The notes below the pieces were generated by a model. The model saw nothing but the letters and a program-made list of their open reading frames with translations, searched no databases and had not been told where the DNA came from. Shown piece after piece: positions 15,817-19,757 of a stretch of 19,757 nt of DNA; within the stretch, counting starts at the first letter, position 1, and each line of letters begins with the position of its first letter. Origin of the DNA: an uncultured Comamonadaceae bacterium (lineage in GTDB: Bacteria > Pseudomonadota > Gammaproteobacteria > Burkholderiales > Burkholderiaceae_C); the NCBI GenBank assembly GCA_937868695.1, contig CALMMY010000464.1, positions 1 to 19,757 of the forward strand, in the 5' to 3' direction. Position numbers and translations under genes: made by a program.

Positions 15817-17268
15817 ATGCTGGTCACCGCACTCGCCGCCATTGCCATCGTCACCCAGGACCAGAGTGCCCTGCGTGCTGCCCCCAGGGACTCCGCCGCA
15901 CAGCAGGCCATGTTCTGGCAGGGCGACACGCTGGAAATCCGGGGCGAAAAAGGCGACTTTCTCCAGGTGTACGACCACCGCCGCGAGCGCGGCGGCTATG
16001 TGCGCGCCAGCCAGGTGCGGGTGCAGCCGCTCACCCCCGAGGCAGCCCCCGACCTGTTGGGCACCGTGCGCTTTCTGAAAGACATGCCCGGCACCGAAGC
16101 CCTGGGCATGGCCTACGCCGCCGCCTACCTGCGGGCCGCACCGGCACCGGCCATCCACAGCGATGTGTTCGATGCACTCAGCGCCATGTCGGAGCGCCTG
16201 GCCAACCGCGCCACCGCAGGCCGCCCTGGCAAAGCCGGTGAAGCCCTGTCCGCCCACCTGGAAGTGGCGGCCAGCCACGGCGTGACCATGACCAGCTTCG
16301 AGCGCGACGGCCAGATTCAGCTGTGCCCGAATGGCGATGCGGCCCGGCGCGTGCTGGCCCTGCCCGCCACCGATTTGCAAAAAGCCCAGGCCGCCCTGTC
16401 GCTGACCCGGCACGAATGCGTGTCGCCCGCCCTCACGCCCACCGAACGCTTTGCCCTGGACAACTGGCGTGCCGAGGTGCTGGACAGGGTGCAGACCGCC
16501 CGCCTGCCCCCGGTGTGGCAAAACCGCCTGCACCTGCGCAAGGCGGGCGTGTGGGCCAGCCTGACCTACCAGCGGGCACGGCGCAGCGAGCCCGGCGCAC
16601 CCGCCGTTGCCGAAGCCGCCCACCGCGCCATTGACGCGCTGGCCGCCGCCAACCCCCAGGAGCTGATGGAAAGCGATGCCGCTGCCCGCAACGACGCGGC
16701 CATCCGCGTGGGGGCATCGCGCTGGGGTGCCGTGCCCGCCATCACACCCACAGCAACCCCACCCGCCCCCGGCAAGGACGGCAGACCCACCATCGTGCTG
16801 ACCGCCGGGGAACCGGGCGAAACCTGCGTCAACCTGGTCGATGCCACCCACGATGCCCGCCAGCCCCTGCTGCGGCGCTGCACCTGGGGCATCGTCTGGC
16901 AGGCATCGCTGGCCGTGTCACCCCAGGGCGATGCGCTGGCGCTGGCCGTGCAGCCGCTGGACCAGTGGCGCGAGATGTGGGTGTTCCGCCAGACAGGCAG
17001 CGGCAATGGCTGGCAGGTGGATGCCGTGCCACCGGGCACCGAGGCGGGTGCGCCGGGTTACATCGAATTTGCGGGCTGGGTGCCCAACACCCGGCTGATG
17101 CTGGCCGCCCGCGAGGTGCAGACCGGCGGCCGCCACCGCACCACCTTTGAAACCCTGCACCTGGCCACCCTGGCAACCGAAAAGCAGGCCGACCAGCCCT
17201 CCAGCCTGAGCGCCTTCTACCGCTGGCAGAACCCGCTGTGGAAGGCTGGCACCGTCAGTTTGCGCTGA
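15817..17268 (+). CDS. Hypothetical secreted protein, 483 aa, with N-terminal signal peptide and an SH3b-like domain. The remainder is unassigned.
   Basis: AAAGGA RBS 6 nt before ATG 15817. Signal-like MLVTALAAIAIVTQDQSALRAAP. SH3b-like region WQGDTLEIRGEKGDFLQVYDHRRERGGYVRASQVRV. Starts 43 bp downstream of the SPFH gene, so probably co-transcribed. Stop TGA at 17266-17268. Confidence 0.7.
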   Translation: MLVTALAAIAIVTQDQSALRAAPRDSAAQQAMFWQGDTLEIRGEKGDFLQVYDHRRERGGYVRASQVRVQPLTPEAAPDLLGTVRFLKDMPGTEALGMAYAAAYLRAAPAPAIHSDVFDALSAMSERLANRATAGRPGKAGEALSAHLEVAASHGVTMTSFERDGQIQLCPNGDAARRVLALPATDLQKAQAALSLTRHECVSPALTPTERFALDNWRAEVLDRVQTARLPPVWQNRLHLRKAGVWASLTYQRARRSEPGAPAVAEAAHRAIDALAAANPQELMESDAAARNDAAIRVGASRWGAVPAITPTATPPAPGKDGRPTIVLTAGEPGETCVNLVDATHDARQPLLRRCTWGIVWQASLAVSPQGDALALAVQPLDQWREMWVFRQTGSGNGWQVDAVPPGTEAGAPGYIEFAGWVPNTRLMLAAREVQTGGRHRTTFETLHLATLATEKQADQPSSLSAFYRWQNPLWKAGTVSLR

Positions 17269-17278
17269 GGGCTGCGGT

Positions 17279-18346
17279 TCAGGCCACACGCGGAGCCAGT
17301 TCGCCCTTGTCATAACGGCGCTGCATGGTCTCCAGGCTGTACACCTGTGTGATGCGGCTGGCCATGCCTGCGCTGCCGAAGGCTTCGTAGCGGGCGGCGC
17401 AGATGCCTTTCATGGCCTTGGTGGCTTCCTTGTAGAACTTGCGGGGATCGAAGTTCTTGCGATCCTGCGCCAGGTGCTGGCGAATGGCGCCGGTGCTGGC
17501 CATGCGCAGGTCGGTGTCGATGTTGACTTTGCGCACGCCGTTCTTGATACCTTCGACGATTTCCTCCACCGGCACGCCGTAGGTCTGGCCCATGTCGCCG
17601 CCGTAACTGTTGATGATGGCCAGCCAGTCTTCGGGCACGCTGGAGCTGCCGTGCATCACCAGATGCACATCGGGAATGCGGGCGTGGATTTCCTTTACGC
17701 GGTCAATCCGCAGCACCTTGCCGGTGGGCTTGCTGGTGAATTTGTAGGCACCGTGGCTGGTGCCGATGGCGATGGCCAGCGCGTCCACCTGGGTTTTGGC
17801 CACAAAGTCGACGGCCTCGTCGGGGTCGGTCAGCAGCGCGGAGTGATCCAGCACGCCTTCGGCCCCGTGGCCGTCTTCTTCACCGGCCTTGCCGGTTTCC
17901 AGGCTGCCCAGGCAGCCCAGCTCGCCTTCCACCGACACGCCGCAGGCATGGGCCAGGTCGGCCACATGGCGGGTGACGCGCACGTTGTAGTCGTAACTGG
18001 CGGGGGTTTTGCCGTCTTCCAGCAGGCTGCCGTCCATCATCACCGACGAAAACCCCGACTGGATGGAGCGGAAACACACGCCGGGCGACGCGCCGTGATC
18101 CTGGTGCATGCACACGGGGATGTGGGGGTACATCTCGATGGCGGCCAGAATCAGGTGGCGCAAAAACGGCTCGCCCGCATACGAACGCGCCCCGGCCGAG
18201 CCTTGCAGGATGACGGGCGAGTTGACGGCATCGGCCGCCTGCATGATGGCCTGCACCTGCTCCATGTTGTTGACGTTGAAAGCAGGCAGGCCGTAGCCGT
18301 TTTCAGCTGCGTGGTCCAGCAGTTGACGAAGAGAAATCAGGGCCAT
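17279..18346 (-). CDS. fba: Fructose-1,6-bisphosphate aldolase, class II (Fba/CbbA type), 355 aa.
   Basis: Class II aldolase signatures: N-terminal ...[14 protein letters not shown], metal/His motifs HQDHG and HGSSSV, and ...[19 protein letters not shown] before ATG 18346. Stop TGA at 17281-17279. Confidence 0.92.
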   Translation of the reverse strand: MALISLRQLLDHAAENGYGLPAFNVNNMEQVQAIMQAADAVNSPVILQGSAGARSYAGEPFLRHLILAAIEMYPHIPVCMHQDHGASPGVCFRSIQSGFSSVMMDGSLLEDGKTPASYDYNVRVTRHVADLAHACGVSVEGELGCLGSLETGKAGEEDGHGAEGVLDHSALLTDPDEAVDFVAKTQVDALAIAIGTSHGAYKFTSKPTGKVLRIDRVKEIHARIPDVHLVMHGSSSVPEDWLAIINSYGGDMGQTYGVPVEEIVEGIKNGVRKVNIDTDLRMASTGAIRQHLAQDRKNFDPRKFYKEATKAMKGICAARYEAFGSAGMASRITQVYSLETMQRRYDKGELAPRVA

Positions 18347-18437
18347 GGTGGCTCTCCGGAAAAATTACAAGACAAAAAGGGCCTCAACGCCTGACTGGCA
18401 AGCGATATAAGCTACAGAAATAAATGCTGGTATGTTC

Positions 18438-18464
18438 GTTCAGCCAGGCCCAGCCCGGCTGAAC
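18438..18464 (-). terminator. Hairpin downstream of the pgk copy 2 stop (GTTCAGCC, 11-nt loop, GGCTGAAC). Possible weak terminator or processing site in the pgk-fba spacer.
   Basis: 8-bp perfect inverted repeat at 18438-18445 and 18457-18464, with a flanking ATGTTC/GAACAT extension. There is no clean U-tract, only a moderately T-rich stretch on the minus strand. Confidence 0.25.
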
Positions 18465-18478
18465 ATGCCGGGCGGCAC

Positions 18479-19672
18479 TCAGCCAGCGCGGCGGGCCAGC
18501 ACTTCGAAGGCGGGTAAGGTCTTGCCTTCCAGCACTTCCAGGAAAGCACCGCCGCCGGTGCTGATGTAGCCCACCTGCTTTTCAATGCCGTACTTGGCAA
18601 TGGCCGCCAACGTGTCGCCACCACCGGCGATGCTGAAGCCCGCGCTGTCGGCAATGGCCTGGGCTATTCCCCTGGTGCCGTTTTCGAACTTGGCGAACTC
18701 GAACACGCCCACGGGGCCGTTCCAGACGATGGTGCCGGCCTTCATCAGCTGCGCGGCCAGCTTGGCAGCGGTTTCGGGGCCGATGTCCAGAATCAGGTCG
18801 TCATCGGCCACATCGGTGGCGGCCTTGACGGTGGCTTCAGCGTCGGGGCTGAAGGCTTTGGCGCACACCACGTCGGTGGGAATCGGCACCTCTGCACCAC
18901 GTGCTTTCATGGCCTCGATCACGGCCTTGGCTTCACCCACCAGGTCGGGTTCGGCCAGGCTCTTGCCGATGCTCAGGCCCGCAGCCAGCATGAAGGTGTT
19001 GGCGATGCCGCCGCCGACGATCAGGCCATCAACCTTGCTGGAGAGGGCTTGCAGGATGGTGAGCTTGGTGCTGACTTTGCTGCCCGCCACGATGGCGATC
19101 AGTGGGCGCTGTGGGTTGGCCAGGGCTTTGCCGATGGCATCCATTTCAGCGGCCAGCAGTGGGCCTGCGCAGGCGATGGGTGCGGTTTCGGCGATGCCGT
19201 AGGTGGTGCCTTCTGCGCGGTGGGCGGTGCCAAAGGCATCGTGGACGAAGATGTCGCACAGCTTGCCCAGCTTTTCGGCCAGTTCGGGTTTGTTTTTCTT
19301 CTCGCCTTTGTTCAGGCGGCAGTTTTCGAGCATGACGACTTCGCCGGGGGCGACGCTGAAGTTGCCGTCCACCCAGTCGGCCACCAGGCGCACGGGTGCG
19401 CCCAGCAGTTCGCTCATGCGGGCGGCCACGGGGGCCAGGCTGTCTTCGGGCTTGAACTCGCCTTCGGTGGGGCGGCCCAGGTGGCTGGTCACCATGACGG
19501 CGGCACCGGCTTCCAGTGCCATCTTCACGGCGGGAATGCTGGCGCGGATGCGGGTGTCTTCGGTGATCTCACCGGCATCGTTCTGCGGCACGTTCAGGTC
19601 GGCGCGGATGAACACGCGCTTGCCCGCAGCCTGGCCGCTGGCAATGACATCGGAAAAACGGATGAATTTCAT
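18479..19672 (-). repeat. Direct repeat copy B, the pgk CDS within the gap-pgk-fba context.
   Basis: See copy A. Same orientation, 8339 bp centre-to-centre. Confidence 0.85.
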
Positions 19673-19678
19673 GACCAT
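18479..19678 (-). CDS. pgk: Phosphoglycerate kinase, copy 2. The protein is identical to copy 1 over the 397 shared residues.
   Basis: Same PGK sequence as copy 1. I prefer the start at ATG 19678 (MVMKFIRF...) because GGAG sits 8 nt upstream. ATG 19672 (MKFIRF) is the alternative. The ORF-track frame extends further into the gap 3-prime end, which I rejected. Stop TGA at 18481-18479. Confidence 0.9.
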   Translation of the reverse strand: MVMKFIRFSDVIASGQAAGKRVFIRADLNVPQNDAGEITEDTRIRASIPAVKMALEAGAAVMVTSHLGRPTEGEFKPEDSLAPVAARMSELLGAPVRLVADWVDGNFSVAPGEVVMLENCRLNKGEKKNKPELAEKLGKLCDIFVHDAFGTAHRAEGTTYGIAETAPIACAGPLLAAEMDAIGKALANPQRPLIAIVAGSKVSTKLTILQALSSKVDGLIVGGGIANTFMLAAGLSIGKSLAEPDLVGEAKAVIEAMKARGAEVPIPTDVVCAKAFSPDAEATVKAATDVADDDLILDIGPETAAKLAAQLMKAGTIVWNGPVGVFEFAKFENGTRGIAQAIADSAGFSIAGGGDTLAAIAKYGIEKQVGYISTGGGAFLEVLEGKTLPAFEVLARRAG

Positions 19679-19692
19679 GGTGCGTACTCCGT

Positions 19693-19757
19693 TCAACCGG
19701 CCACCACGCGAGCCATCTCCAGGCACTTGTTGGAGTAGCCCCACTCGTTGTCGTACC
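19693..19757 (-). CDS. gap: Glyceraldehyde-3-phosphate dehydrogenase, 3-prime end only (C-terminus ...[20 protein letters not shown]).
   Basis: Translating the minus strand gives the conserved GAPDH C-terminal signature YDNEWGYS. Stop TGA at 19695-19693, 14-20 nt upstream of the pgk start. This is the classic gap-pgk linkage. Confidence 0.7.
   Translation of the reverse strand, partial: YDNEWGYSNKCLEMARVVAG

Noticed and set aside
10140-19672. Possibility that the pgk duplication marks a mobile element or integrated island. I looked for IS, transposase, integrase or tRNA boundaries.
   Set aside because: No transposase or integrase ORF, tRNA, or terminal inverted repeats are visible. The repeats are in direct orientation and coincide exactly with a housekeeping CDS. 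This favours paralogy plus gene conversion over transposition. Assembly artefact remains possible and is noted in the finding.
1-19757. Scan for CRISPR repeats, tRNA/rRNA, and toxin-antitoxin-sized ORF pairs.
   Set aside because: No regularly spaced short repeats, no cloverleaf-like tRNA candidates in intergenic gaps, and no small paired ORFs with credible start signals.

Overview
This is a GC-rich proteobacterial window; gene order and signal types look Betaproteobacteria-like, which is inference. It is almost entirely coding, and the ORF track contains many long antisense shadow ORFs typical of high-GC DNA. I called features from motifs, signal peptides, RBS/start context and stop-codon positions that I checked by hand in the sequence.

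Layout:
(1) A complete thiosulfate-oxidation (Sox) operon on the minus strand, soxR-soxC-soxD-soxY-soxZ-soxA-soxX-soxB (7505 down to 827). It is followed by a bidirectional terminator and a HAD-family hydrolase.
(2) A divergent plus-strand unit (7775-10066): small cytochrome c, then a flavocytochrome-c sulfide dehydrogenase flavoprotein (FccB/SoxF-like), then a diheme cytochrome c4, ending in a strong terminator.
(3) pgk copy 1 (10140-11333, minus).
(4) A sensor histidine kinase / OmpR-type response regulator operon (13498-11417 and 14199-13495, minus).
(5) Divergent from that operon, an SPFH/band-7 (flotillin-like) membrane protein plus a 483-aa secreted protein with an SH3b-like N-terminus (14490-17268, plus).
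(6) fba (class II aldolase), pgk copy 2, and the 3-prime end of gap (17279-19757, minus).

The most unusual signals are:
- The two pgk genes are 1.19-kb direct repeats 8.3 kb apart with a 978-bp perfectly identical core and only synonymous differences at both ends.
- There is a terminator-like hairpin inside the sox operon between soxZ and soxA.
- The TCS plus SPFH/SH3b module lies between the pgk repeats and is the best candidate for an uncharacterised system.

I saw no rRNA, tRNA, CRISPR array, IS element or integrase.
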